A stretch of DNA of 64,000 bases from Candidatus Marinacidobacterales bacterium (GTDB lineage: Bacteria; Acidobacteriota; Vicinamibacteria; Marinacidobacterales; SMYC01). The stretch lies in contig CBDCYI010000011.1 in assembly GCA_965224085.1 (NCBI GenBank), positions 1,184,001 through 1,248,000 on the forward strand. The letters are read 5' to 3'. Below are positions 1 to 8,546 of this stretch, piece after piece. A program made the translations under genes and the position numbers. Every line of letters begins with the position of its first letter. The stretch's first letter is position 1. Below the pieces are notes generated by a model, which was given only the letters and a program-made list of their open reading frames with translations, did no database searches and was not told the DNA's origin.

Positions 1-610
1 CGGCAAGATCGTTTCCACGACGAAGCCGGTGCTTGTGATGAGCGCCCTATTCGCCGTTTTATGGAACGCGATCTCGTCGCCTCTTTGGTTCATGATTCCG
101 GAGATCGTGGAGAACGAGAACAAGCTCGCGCTTCTCGCGTTCATGTTCCCCGTGGTGGGCGGCGGGCTCATCTTTTGGGCGCTACGGAATTTCGCCCGCT
201 ACAAGAAGTTCGGCGAATCCGTCTTCGAGATGCGCACCCTTCCTGGCGTTATCGGAGGCCCACTCGCGGGGACGATCCAAACGACCGTTAATGTGCGTCC
301 CGAGGACGGCTTCGAGCTTACTTTGAGCTCGGTGCGGATCCGCCAAACTGGCAGCGGCAAGAATCGAAGCACGCAACAGACGGTGCTTTGGCAGAAATCG
401 CACGTGATCGCGCGCGAGCTCCTCGCCCACGATTTGAGACGCTCCGCGATCCCTGTCTCGTTCGAAATACCCTTCGACGCGAAAGCTTCGGATGAGTCGA
501 ATGGAATCGATCCTCCGCGTCTGATTACTCGAGCGCAGTCGTTGAGCCGTCGACGGGCCAGTCTTTTTCGATCGCGAGCCGCTCCATCGCCTCGACCCGC
601 TCGGCGCTGA
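1..610 (+). CDS. Membrane protein, partial at the window edge; 3' end probably truncated near 510
   Basis: Two hydrophobic helices (ALFAVLWNAIS, LAFMFPVVGGGLIFWAL) followed by a soluble domain. Beyond about 510 the ORF overlaps the convergent M48 gene and looks non-coding. Confidence 0.55.
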   Translation, partial: GKIVSTTKPVLVMSALFAVLWNAISSPLWFMIPEIVENENKLALLAFMFPVVGGGLIFWALRNFARYKKFGESVFEMRTLPGVIGGPLAGTIQTTVNVRPEDGFELTLSSVRIRQTGSGKNRSTQQTVLWQKSHVIARELLAHDLRRSAIPVSFEIPFDAKASDESNGIDPPRLITRAQSLSRRRASLFRSRAAPSPRPARR

Positions 611-1346
611 CGGGGTGGGTGGCCAGGTAGGTGGAAAGCGATCGCTCGATCCTGCCTTCGGGGGCGGGAAGCTTCTCGAAAAAATCGGTCGCGCCGCTCA
701 CGTGACCGAACTCCGCGACGACGAGAGACAGACCAAAAGCGTCGGCTTGCGACTCTTGCTCCCGGCTGAAGGCCCGTCCCGTGATTTGGCCCGAGAGCGC
801 GACGAGATCTCCGGCGGCACCGCTTCGGCGCATAGCCACCATTATCAGCGCGAGGGTCAAACTTCGCCCGAGGCTCCGCAAGTGATCTCGGCCCGCGTAG
901 TGCCCGAGCTCGTGGCCGAGGATGAAGGCCAGCTCGTTCTCGCTCTCGACCTCCTTCATGAGCCCGGTGGTGACGAGAACTTGGCCGCCAGGAAAGGCGA
1001 GCGCATTCGGGAGCTCGTCGTCGAGAAGCCCGACGTGCAAGCCGTCGGGGCGCTCGGGCCAATGGGCGGAGATGCGGGCCATCAGATCCTCGAGACGCCG
1101 TTGATAAAGATAGGCGCTTTCGTCTTCACTCTCCGGCTGATAGGCGAGCTCCTCGAAGTCAGGAAACATCCGAGACTCCCAAGAGCGAGGGACATAGGGT
1201 ACGAGGCGGTCGATGAGAAGAGCCGTCGCCCCTAAAATAACGCCCATGATCGCGATGAGGCCGATCAACATCACGAGCCCGTCTTTAATGGGATTGCGCG
1301 GCTGGGCGTTAACGTCGTCCCGCGGCAAGCGCGGCTCGTGTCTCAC
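525..1346 (-). CDS. M48 family zinc metallopeptidase
   Basis: PNALAFPGG, HELGH (HExxH), FSREQESQAD and LATHP motifs; N-terminal TM helix. Confidence 0.92.
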   Translation of the reverse strand: MRHEPRLPRDDVNAQPRNPIKDGLVMLIGLIAIMGVILGATALLIDRLVPYVPRSWESRMFPDFEELAYQPESEDESAYLYQRRLEDLMARISAHWPERPDGLHVGLLDDELPNALAFPGGQVLVTTGLMKEVESENELAFILGHELGHYAGRDHLRSLGRSLTLALIMVAMRRSGAAGDLVALSGQITGRAFSREQESQADAFGLSLVVAEFGHVSGATDFFEKLPAPEGRIERSLSTYLATHPVSAERVEAMERLAIEKDWPVDGSTTALE

Positions 1347-1837
1347 GGAGCGGCCGGTGCGCGACCTGTGAGCTTTAGCCCCGTTCCAAAGGCGAGAATC
1401 TCCACGGCGGCGGTGCCTTTATTGTTGCCGGACGAGCTCGCGATGCGCGACGTCTCGAGCCGCACATTGCTGACCGCATGACAGCCGCGCGCGCGCGCAT
1501 TCTCTTTCATTCGCATGATGGCTTCGCGGCGTGCACGGTCGAGGAGCGGTTCGTAAGACTTGATACGGCCTCCAAAAAACATGCGAAGCCCTGCGAGGAA
1601 GCGTTTGAAATAGTCGACTGAGATGACCACGCTTCCCGATACGAGCGTGGTCGCGACGATCTCTTCGTCGCGCGGCTCGTAGGGAAACGTGACCGTGATG
1701 AAGCGACGAGAGGCGTGCTCGCGCATGCGCAGCTTACGGTAGTGCTTCTTTTCGATGGCGCTACCAATGAAATAAGCACCGACGAGCACCGCAAGCGGCA
1801 CGAGAAGCTGGACGAGCATTGAGGGTGACGCGTCCAT
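1343..1837 (-). CDS. YbjQ/UPF0145 family protein with N-terminal TM helix
   Basis: GGRIKSYEPLLDRARREAI..M and NVRLETS...AFGT family pattern; overlaps the M48 gene by 4 nt. Confidence 0.85.
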   Translation of the reverse strand: MDASPSMLVQLLVPLAVLVGAYFIGSAIEKKHYRKLRMREHASRRFITVTFPYEPRDEEIVATTLVSGSVVISVDYFKRFLAGLRMFFGGRIKSYEPLLDRARREAIMRMKENARARGCHAVSNVRLETSRIASSSGNNKGTAAVEILAFGTGLKLTGRAPAAP

Positions 1838-1840
1838 CCG

Positions 1841-2155
1841 TCAGTCCACCTTGACGGCCGTGCCGTAAGCGAAAAGCTCGGCAGCGCCCTGGGCCACGGA
1901 GCTCGTGGTGAAACGCACGTTGACGACGGCATTCGCGCCGACGGATTTAGCTTGTTCCGTCATGCGCTCGATCGCCTCTTGGCGTGCTTCGATGAGAAGC
2001 TCGGTATAGCCCTTGAGCTCGCCGCCCACGATGTTCTTGAAGCCCGCCATGATGTCGCGGCCGATGTGCTTGGCGCGCACGGTGCTGCCCGTGACGACAC
2101 CGTAGAACTCTTGAATCGTTTTTCCTGGAATATTCTCGGTATTGCTCAGAATCAA
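1841..2155 (-). CDS. ybjQ: YbjQ/UPF0145 family protein
   Basis: GRDIMAGFKNIVGGELKGYTELL..AR..A, GANAVVNVRF and AYGTAV signature; GGAGG RBS upstream. Confidence 0.93.
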   Translation of the reverse strand: MILSNTENIPGKTIQEFYGVVTGSTVRAKHIGRDIMAGFKNIVGGELKGYTELLIEARQEAIERMTEQAKSVGANAVVNVRFTTSSVAQGAAELFAYGTAVKVD

Positions 2156-2190
2156 GTGAACCTCCCCTGTTTTAGAATGTCTGTAAACCG

Positions 2191-2619
2191 TTAATCGTCG
2201 TGGTCGACGGGACGTCGCGTCTGTTTCACGCCCGCGCGCCGGCGCTTGGCCTCGAGGCGGCGCGCTCGCGCTCGCGCTCGCGCCGAGACCTTTTTTCGTT
2301 CACGCTTCTTGGGTATCTCGGTGGCGCGGCGGACGAGCTCGACGAGGCGCTCGATGGCGTCTTCACGGTTCCTCGACTGTGATCGAAAGCGGCTCGCTTC
2401 GATCGTCACGACACCCTCGGACGTCATCTTGTTTCCGGCGATTTTGCGAAGCCGCGTGCGCACGTCGTCCGGAAGGGAGGGCGAGCTCTCGGCGTCGAAA
2501 CGAAGCTGTACCGCGGTCGACACTTTGTTGACGTGCTGACCGCCGGGGCCGCCCGCTCGGACGAATTTCAGGTCGATCTCCCACTCGTCCAGCTCGATTT
2601 CATCGGTTACAGGAATCAT
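2191..2619 (-). CDS. arfB: Alternative ribosome rescue factor ArfB (YaeJ)
   Basis: GGPGGQHVNKVSTAV (GGQ motif), RSQ..NR..A..RL and a basic C-terminal tail. Confidence 0.95.
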   Translation of the reverse strand: MIPVTDEIELDEWEIDLKFVRAGGPGGQHVNKVSTAVQLRFDAESSPSLPDDVRTRLRKIAGNKMTSEGVVTIEASRFRSQSRNREDAIERLVELVRRATEIPKKRERKKVSARARARARRLEAKRRRAGVKQTRRPVDHDD

Positions 2620-2881
2620 CTACTTAATAAGGATAACGCCGCGCGAAAGCTTTTGCCCGCTTCCGGTATAATCCGGCCCTTCGTGAGTGTATAGGGTAAG
2701 AGCGGTGACCCATAGGTCTTCGCTGTCGCCGATATCGAGAAGAGTGAATGGGTCGAAATCTAAACTCGCCGCCGCGCTCTCACTGTCCTGTACGCAAAGC
2801 GAGCCGCGTAATAGCCTCATCTTCGCATCGAGCGCCGACGCTACAACGCTCGACCCGACAATGAAGCGCCGGTAGGGGGGG

Positions 2882-4000
2882 CTACACCGCAACAAGAGGG
2901 GGTGGTTCAACTCTTCCCGGGCAGAGTTCATACGACGGCGCCGGTTCACCGACTCGGTCGGCTGAACGACGGTACGCGGCCATTTGCTCTTTGCCGAAGT
3001 CCAGCTCCGCCATGTACAAGTTGTGGCAGTGGCACATGAGCCGAATATTCTTCGCGCTACGATCGCCACCGAGTCCGTAAGCGTCGTTGTGATGGTACTC
3101 GAGCCGGTGGCGCTCGGGACATCGTTTGCCGTCAGGAGTGACGAACGTGCATCGCCCGCCATCTCGTGCCCACACGTAACGCTTCACCGCGGCAGCGATG
3201 CCACGCACACCCGGCGACGTGTCGGCGTCTTCGACTTTCGTTCTCGGATGATTCGTCTTCCCGAAACGCTTGGCTTCGAGCCGCTCGAGCTTCTCGCTCA
3301 CGGCCGCGTCGATGACCGAAGCGAGGTCACTGCCGGGAATGAGCGCCTCGAGCCGCTGGAGCTTGTCGCGAAGCGCGGCGCTAGCCGTGAACCGTACTTC
3401 GAAACGCGCCGGCGAAAGTGGCGCGACCGCCGGCCGCTTTTCAGGGATCGCCGGAGCGGCCGGAGGCGGCTCCGGCTCCTCGCGCGTGACAGCTCTGTCC
3501 GGGAAGAGTTCGTCCGACGATTCGGACGATTTGGACCGGGCCTGCCGTTGCGGCCTCTTTCGAATCGTCGGTGGAACATCCGGTTTCGGAGCCAACTCCG
3601 CCACGAGCTCTTCGAGGGCACGTTTGCTCTTGTGAGTGGCTCTTGCCAAGACCTCTTCGCAATTGGCCTCGGTGAGATGCTTTGAGATCACGGTGATACC
3701 ACACAAATGAATGCGACCATCCTCGAGCATCGCGAGGAGCATGGGAAATCTGCGTGACAGCCGAGCGGCGCTGATTCGCCGATAAGCTTCCGCTTCAGAT
3801 AAATGTAAAACGTCCATGCAGTAGCTGAACATCGACGGCGAAGCTTCTTTGGCGTAGAGACGCCGCGCATCGACTTCAGCGATATGCGCGACGAGCACAG
3901 CCTCGCCACGCCGCGACTGTTTCGAGACATCCGCCAGTCGAACAAGAAGCTCGTCATCCGATAATGCCGAGAGCGATTTCAAATCGTCCTTTGTGCTCAT
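2882..4000 (-). CDS. DUF222-like domain plus C-terminal HNH endonuclease
   Basis: N-terminal LVAHIAEVDARRLY...SMFSYC...LSEAEAYRRI.AARL; C-terminal VWARDGGRC...C...LEYHH...N...C.CHN (HNH). Confidence 0.85.
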   Translation of the reverse strand: MSTKDDLKSLSALSDDELLVRLADVSKQSRRGEAVLVAHIAEVDARRLYAKEASPSMFSYCMDVLHLSEAEAYRRISAARLSRRFPMLLAMLEDGRIHLCGITVISKHLTEANCEEVLARATHKSKRALEELVAELAPKPDVPPTIRKRPQRQARSKSSESSDELFPDRAVTREEPEPPPAAPAIPEKRPAVAPLSPARFEVRFTASAALRDKLQRLEALIPGSDLASVIDAAVSEKLERLEAKRFGKTNHPRTKVEDADTSPGVRGIAAAVKRYVWARDGGRCTFVTPDGKRCPERHRLEYHHNDAYGLGGDRSAKNIRLMCHCHNLYMAELDFGKEQMAAYRRSADRVGEPAPSYELCPGRVEPPPLVAV

Positions 4001-4238
4001 AGGTTCTTATAGCACGGACTTTTTCGACGCTCACAGTTCCAGCGTGATCCACACCAACGCGCCGAAACACTTTCGAAGTCTCCTCGAACGAGAGAGCATG
4101 GCTGTCGCTTCGTTGCCGTACACAGAGACCCCCAACGGATCGAGCGCGAGGTCTTTTTGCAAATCGCGTGCAAAAATCCGTCAAGGAGAAAATGGGTCCG
4201 GACCGAACTTTTATTCAACTCTTCCCGGGAAGAGTTGA
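2909..4238. repeat. Three copies of a 20-24-bp palindrome (core AACTCTTCCCGGGAAGAGTT) at 2909-2928, 3491-3510 and 4215-4238
   Basis: 4215-4238 TCAACTCTTCCCGGGAAGAGTTGA is a perfect palindrome. 2909-2928 AACTCTTCCCGGGCAGAGTT and 3491-3510 AGCTCTGTCCGGGAAGAGTT are variants. Confidence 0.85.
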
Positions 4239-4373
4239 CGTTCACTCGGCAGAATCAAAACGATACTGGCGCCCGGAAACGCGGGACTTCAACGTGCTTT
4301 TACGACCTCGATCCGCTCTTCCCGATCGAAGACTGAGAGGCCATAATGTCTCGTTCGGAGAAAGGAGATTCTC

Positions 4374-4856
4374 ATGGTTCCAGCCATCCAGCCCACGGTG
4401 CAGCTGTTCAAAGTCAGCCAGCACCTCTTCCGTCGAGCTCTAAAGGATCTCGAGCCCGAGGCGCTCAAACGCCACCCCGCCGAATCGAACCCCATGATAT
4501 GGCTAGCAGGACATGTGACCCATGCGCGTATCGGCCTATCCAAAATCACTGGCGGCGAGCGGGAGCTTCTATGGCGGGAGCTCTTCGGCCGCCACTCACA
4601 TTTTCGCGACGACGGAGACTATCCAGGTCTCTCGGAGATCCAGAAGGTCTTTGCCGAAGTCACCGATGAGCTGACCGAGCGCTTCGGGAGCCTCACGGAA
4701 GAAGAGTTCGCCAAACCTTCGGGCTACGACGCCCCTATCGAGGATAAAAGCGTCGCAGGCACGATCACGTTTTTCGCCTACCACGAGTCGTACCATGTCG
4801 GTCAGATGGCCTATGTCCGAAAGTGGTTGGGTCGGGGCGGGATTATCGACGGTTGA
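4374..4856 (+). CDS. DinB/DUF664 family protein
   Basis: N.MIWLAGHV...HESYHVGQM metal-binding His pattern; AAAGGAG RBS. Confidence 0.9.
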   Translation: MVPAIQPTVQLFKVSQHLFRRALKDLEPEALKRHPAESNPMIWLAGHVTHARIGLSKITGGERELLWRELFGRHSHFRDDGDYPGLSEIQKVFAEVTDELTERFGSLTEEEFAKPSGYDAPIEDKSVAGTITFFAYHESYHVGQMAYVRKWLGRGGIIDG

Positions 4857-4858
4857 AG

Positions 4859-4900
4859 TGTCAATAAATTGTTGACAGTAATGATTTTTACCGCTACCAT
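4859..4900 (+). promoter_or_regulatory. Sigma70 promoter for the tRNA array, with a palindromic operator over the -35 box
   Basis: TTGACA (4872-4877), 17-nt spacer, TACCAT (4895-4900). Inverted repeat TGTCAA-N7-TTGACA at 4859-4877. Confidence 0.8.
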
Positions 4901-4921
4901 GAAGACCAGTTGGTGAAAGAT

Positions 4922-5011
4922 ATGTTGATGCAGCGTCCAAAGGATTGGCTAGGCCAAGGTCGGGGTTTCCGCCCGGATAGTAATGGCCTCGAGGGGGTTG
5001 CTGACTACTGA
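4922..5011 (+). CDS. Putative leader peptide, 29 aa (MLMQRPKDWLGQGRGFRPDSNGLEGVADY)
   Basis: Short ORF between the promoter and the terminator. Its last codons cover the predicted antiterminator strand. RBS is weak. Confidence 0.5.
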   Translation: MLMQRPKDWLGQGRGFRPDSNGLEGVADY

Positions 5012-5035
5012 CGTAAAACAGCCAGTCACAAGGGC

Positions 5036-5068
5036 GCCCACCTCGGAAGCAACCGAGGTGGGCTTTTT
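5036..5068 (+). terminator. Intrinsic terminator/attenuator upstream of the tRNA genes
   Basis: 11-bp stem GCCCACCTCGG / CCGAGGTGGGC, loop AAGCAA, followed by TTTTT. Confidence 0.88.
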
Positions 5069-5147
5069 GCATTTAGGGGACTTTTTCTTGAGAAACGCAG
5101 TCGTTCAAACGGTGGAGGTGTGCCCAAGCGGCGCGACTCTTCTCAGA

Positions 5148-5225
5148 GGCTTCGCGGAGCAGCCAGGAGTGCTCGTCCGGTTGTCAGCCGGAAGGTCGCG
5201 GGTTCGAATCCCGCCGGAGCCGCCA
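5148..5225 (+). tRNA. tRNA-Asp(GTC), atypical (C at position 8)
   Basis: Acceptor GGCTTCG/CGGAGCC, D stem GAGC/GCTC, anticodon arm TCCGG-TTGTCAG-CCGGA, T arm GCGGG-TTCGAAT-CCCGC, G73 and encoded CCA. Confidence 0.88.
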
Positions 5226-5232
5226 TTTTCGT

Positions 5233-5309
5233 CGGAGTGTAGCGCAGACTGGCAGCGCGCCCGGCTTGGGACCGGGAGGCCGATGGTTCGAATCCATCCG
5301 CTCCGACCA
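5233..5309 (+). tRNA. tRNA-Pro(TGG)
   Basis: Acceptor CGGAGTG/CGCTCCG, anticodon arm CCCGG-CTTGGGA-CCGGG, T arm GATGG-TTCGAAT-CCATC, A73 and CCA. Confidence 0.92.
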
Positions 5310-5322
5310 GTTTGTGTTCGAT

Positions 5323-5397
5323 TGAGGCGTGGTCGATGGGTAAGGCACCCGGTTGTTACCCGGGCTCATGTAGGTGCGAATCCTACCGCGGCTTCCA
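5323..5397 (+). tRNA. Degenerate tRNA, anticodon GTT (Asn); probable pseudo-tRNA
   Basis: Anticodon arm CCCGG-TTGTTAC-CCGGG and T stem GTAGG/CCTAC are intact and CCA is present. T loop is TGCGAAT and the acceptor stem has 3 mismatches. Confidence 0.65.
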
Positions 5398-5421
5398 TCG
5401 TAGGAATGCAAGTTGGCTCGA

Positions 5422-5503
5422 GCGGCCGTGGTGTCTACGGTCAGCATGCCTGGATGCCATCCAGTCGGTGTCTTTTTCAGTTCGAATCCGTTCGCTCGCT
5501 CCA
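5422..5503 (+). tRNA. Degenerate tRNA-Gly(GCC); probable pseudo-tRNA
   Basis: Acceptor GCGGCCG/CGCTCGC, GCC in the anticodon loop, TTCGAAT loop, T73-CCA. The T stem is disrupted by a T-rich stretch. Confidence 0.6.
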
Positions 5504-5516
5504 AGAGGCCTGCTAG

Positions 5517-7206
5517 CTAGTACCCGTCCTGACAGGTGTAAGAGGTTGAGAAAAAAGGGGTAATCGCAAATTTAGGGCTAGCCTTCTGAGGGAGTGTCGT
5601 TTAGTATCGAGTCGACAAAAACGCAGATTCTAAACGACTTAACTCCAAAGGAGACCAGCCCTAAATGCGAAAAACGATCAACCCACAACCAAGCCTTCGC
5701 GAGCCCTGGCTGGAGCTGGAGCACGCACGCGAACTCGAAACGATATCATCGCTGCTCGATGCCCATCCTAAGCTCAATGAGCTGGTACTGCAAGACCTGA
5801 GGTCGGTCACCCCATCGGCAGGGAGCGATGTTGGTCGTGGGGGAATGAGCGCGGAGCAGGTTCTCCGGGCGTTGTTGGTCAAGCAGCTGAATCAGTTCAC
5901 CTATCGGGAGCTGGCGTTTCACTTGGCAGACTCTCGAAGCTATCGGACGTTTTGCCAGCTCGGCATCATAGAGCCGAGCCCGTCGAAGTCGACCCTAGCA
6001 GCAAACATCAAAGCCGTGAAGTTCGAAACGCTGGAGAAAATCAACCGAGAGCTGGTGAGTGTTGCCGAGAAGACCGCGATCGAAAAAGGAAGAAAAGTAC
6101 GAGTGGACTGCACGGTAGTGGAGTCGAATATTCATTCTCCTACGGACTCCGAGCTTCTTTATGACTGCGTCCGAGTTCTCACTCGCCTCATGTGCCGAAC
6201 TCGCGAACTGCTGGGTACAGTAGTGGTCTTCGGCAATCGAACGCGTCGAGCGAAGAGACGTCGACTGGGAGTTCTAAACGCGAAGGATAAGGAACAAAGG
6301 CGTCGCGTCTATCGAGATCTACTGAAGGTGTCGGAAGAAACCTATCGCTCCGCTCAACGCGTTGCAGACCAGTTGGACGAGTCCGGCTTGACCGAGCCGG
6401 TGAAGCGAGCGAGTGCGGAGAAGATCGCCGCGGATTTTAAGCACTTTCTCGTCCTCACCGAAAAAGTCATCAACCAAACTCGGCGTAGAGTGATTGATGA
6501 AGAGCGTGTGCCTGCGGAGGAAAAGGTCGTTTCGATCTTCGAAGAACACACCGACATTATTCGCAAAGACCGGCGCGAGACTCTCTACGGTCACAAGGTG
6601 TGTTTGACTGGTGGCTCGTCCTCGATGATTTTGGATTGCGTGATCTTGGATGGGAATCCGTCCGATTCAACTCTCGCGGAAACCATGATCGACCGTCAAG
6701 TCGAACTCTACGAACGGGCCCCGCGCCAGGTTGCCTACGATGGCGCGTTTTCTTCAAAGGCAAACTTGGAAGCCATCAAAGGCAAGGGAGTTGAAGATGT
6801 TGCCTTTACCAAGGCTCACTTCGCGGTGACCGATATGGTCAAGAGTTCCTGGGTCTATCAACGCCTACGGCGATTTCGCTGCGGAATCGAAGGCGTCATT
6901 TCGTTCTTGAAACGAGTCTTTGGTCTCGACCGATGCACATGGCGCTCATTGCCTTCTTTCAAATCCTACGTATGGAGTTCCATCATCACCTGCAACCTGT
7001 TGGTAATGGCAAGGCACCTATTACGATAATAATGATTGCTCTTACTGCGTTTATAGCCATGGATTGCTGACGATTCGCCTCTCGTTTCGTCCAAGATTTT
7101 CATTCGCTTCCGAGCCTACGAGGTGCCGACTGAAAACGTATAATACCCACATCTTCGATAGGCCTCTCGTACACCACAAGTTATGGTGTTTCTGGACAGG
7201 AACTAG
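5517..7206 (+). mobile_element. Complete insertion sequence (ISNCY/IS5-like DDE)
   Basis: Imperfect TIRs CTAGTACCCGTCCTGACA and TTTCTGGACAGGAACTAG. CTAG is duplicated on both flanks (5513-5516 and 7207-7210). Confidence 0.85.
5665..7029 (+). CDS. DDE transposase (ISNCY/IS5-like), 454 aa
   Basis: VRVDCTVVESNIHSPTDS, SIFEEHTDIIRK, AYDGAF and R.GIEGVIS.LKR motifs; AAGGAG RBS. Confidence 0.93.
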   Translation: MRKTINPQPSLREPWLELEHARELETISSLLDAHPKLNELVLQDLRSVTPSAGSDVGRGGMSAEQVLRALLVKQLNQFTYRELAFHLADSRSYRTFCQLGIIEPSPSKSTLAANIKAVKFETLEKINRELVSVAEKTAIEKGRKVRVDCTVVESNIHSPTDSELLYDCVRVLTRLMCRTRELLGTVVVFGNRTRRAKRRRLGVLNAKDKEQRRRVYRDLLKVSEETYRSAQRVADQLDESGLTEPVKRASAEKIAADFKHFLVLTEKVINQTRRRVIDEERVPAEEKVVSIFEEHTDIIRKDRRETLYGHKVCLTGGSSSMILDCVILDGNPSDSTLAETMIDRQVELYERAPRQVAYDGAFSSKANLEAIKGKGVEDVAFTKAHFAVTDMVKSSWVYQRLRRFRCGIEGVISFLKRVFGLDRCTWRSLPSFKSYVWSSIITCNLLVMARHLLR

Positions 7207-7290
7207 CTAGAGGCTGTTGCAAAAGCCCGTTTAGCGTCAAGGCGTTCATTTGTTTGAGCACAGGAGTGAGGCCGTTGGTTGTACTGCTTG

Positions 7291-7636
7291 TTAGGAACGC
7301 GCCTGTCGGGCACGGTCGAGCGTATTTTGCTTGTTGATGTCCGCGAGTTCTCGCAGACAATCCTGCAAGCTCTGCCATGCGGCGACGCCTTCGCGGATAC
7401 GCTTGTGTGCGGCTTGGGGCACATAGTAGCCGGTAGTCTTGCCGTGCTTGCCACGAAAATTGATATAGAGGTGAGGGCCATGCTTTGGCCCGGGCCCGTG
7501 GCACCGACAAGTGGGCGTACCGCAGGTACGATAGGTTTCGGAGGGTGTGCCGAAGATCGCCCTTCGCGCATATTGTTGAATCTGTTGTAGGAGCTGGTCC
7601 CGACGTTTACGTGGATCGGAATGAAGGGTTCGGCAT
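7291..7636 (-). pseudogene. DUF6788-like small protein (IS-associated), frameshifted near its start
   Basis: CGTPTCRC..G.KHGP.LY Cys/His motif. The ATG at 7636 is out of frame with the body of the gene by one base. Confidence 0.65.
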
Positions 7637-8477
7637 TTTCGCTGTCCTTTCTTCGCCGCTTGACTCGAGCGATCGATATGAGGTTTTGGCTGATAACGCA
7701 CCACCCGACGTAACGCTTGAATCCTCGGTCGCCCTTGTAGGTGGCGCGAAGCATAGCGAAGCGGTGCTTGAGGGTGCTGATGCGGGACTCGACGCCCCCG
7801 CGCCACTTGAGGGCTCGACGGAACCAGCGCTTTTTTTGAACCTTGGCTCGTTTTTTCGAGGGTCGTCCTCGAGCCGGCAACACCACTTTCTTTACACCGA
7901 GATCTATGGCCTTGCGTTCATTGTCTGCCGAAAAGAATCCGCGGTCAGCGGTCGCCATCTCCGGCGCACGAGCGAACTGTTTTTTGTGTTGCTCCAGCGC
8001 GGGCATCCACTGAGTTTGGTCCGCCGGATTGCCTGCGGCAACTTCGTAGTGGCTAACAATGCCGTTCTCCACCTCATCAATTCGCACGAGTCGTCCAAAC
8101 TCGGTCGGCTTCCATGTTTTGCCTTTTCGGATCACGGCCGTATGCTCCTCGAACAGGCTGACGATCTTGTCCGGATGGTGACGATGGCCCCCTAAAACAC
8201 GGGCCTTTGTCTGAGCTAACACCTTTTTGCACAGTGGCAGATAATGTTCGAGTTGGCTCTGATTGCTTATGATGCTCACCAGCGAACCCACGACCGGAAG
8301 CTTTCCGCTCTTGAGCGACTGAATAACCTCGTCGGCTTGCCGGACCACGCTGCGCGCCGTGCCCATGAGCTTGCGATAACTTTGCTTGAACTTGACTTGG
8401 CTCGATTCGGTGAACGACTTGCTGGCGCGGTCGATCTCAAGCTGCCTGTTTTTCGTTGATCGGCTGTGGTCCACCAC
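7607..8477 (-). pseudogene. Second ISNCY/IS5-like transposase, 5'-truncated (ends approximate)
   Basis: DKIVSLFEEHT.VIRKGK..K.TEFG, ATADRGF and R.GVESRIS.LK motifs. The N-terminal part is absent, and the ORF reads through into the DUF6788 region. Probable IS end near 7210 (GAGGCTGTTGCAAAA). Confidence 0.8.
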
Positions 8478-8546
8478 CTAGTCTCCCCTCACGTGGTTTT
8501 TGATTCTCTACCATCGACAAACATACTACCACTCCGTCAGGCGTAT

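Noticed and set aside
2909-4238. Palindromic repeats as a CRISPR array
   Set aside because: Only three copies, spaced about 580 and 720 bp apart, two of them inside a coding sequence; no cas genes.
4905-5068. T-box riboswitch upstream of the tRNAs
   Set aside because: No TGGNACC T-box bulge or stem I motifs; the leader is short and contains an ORF.
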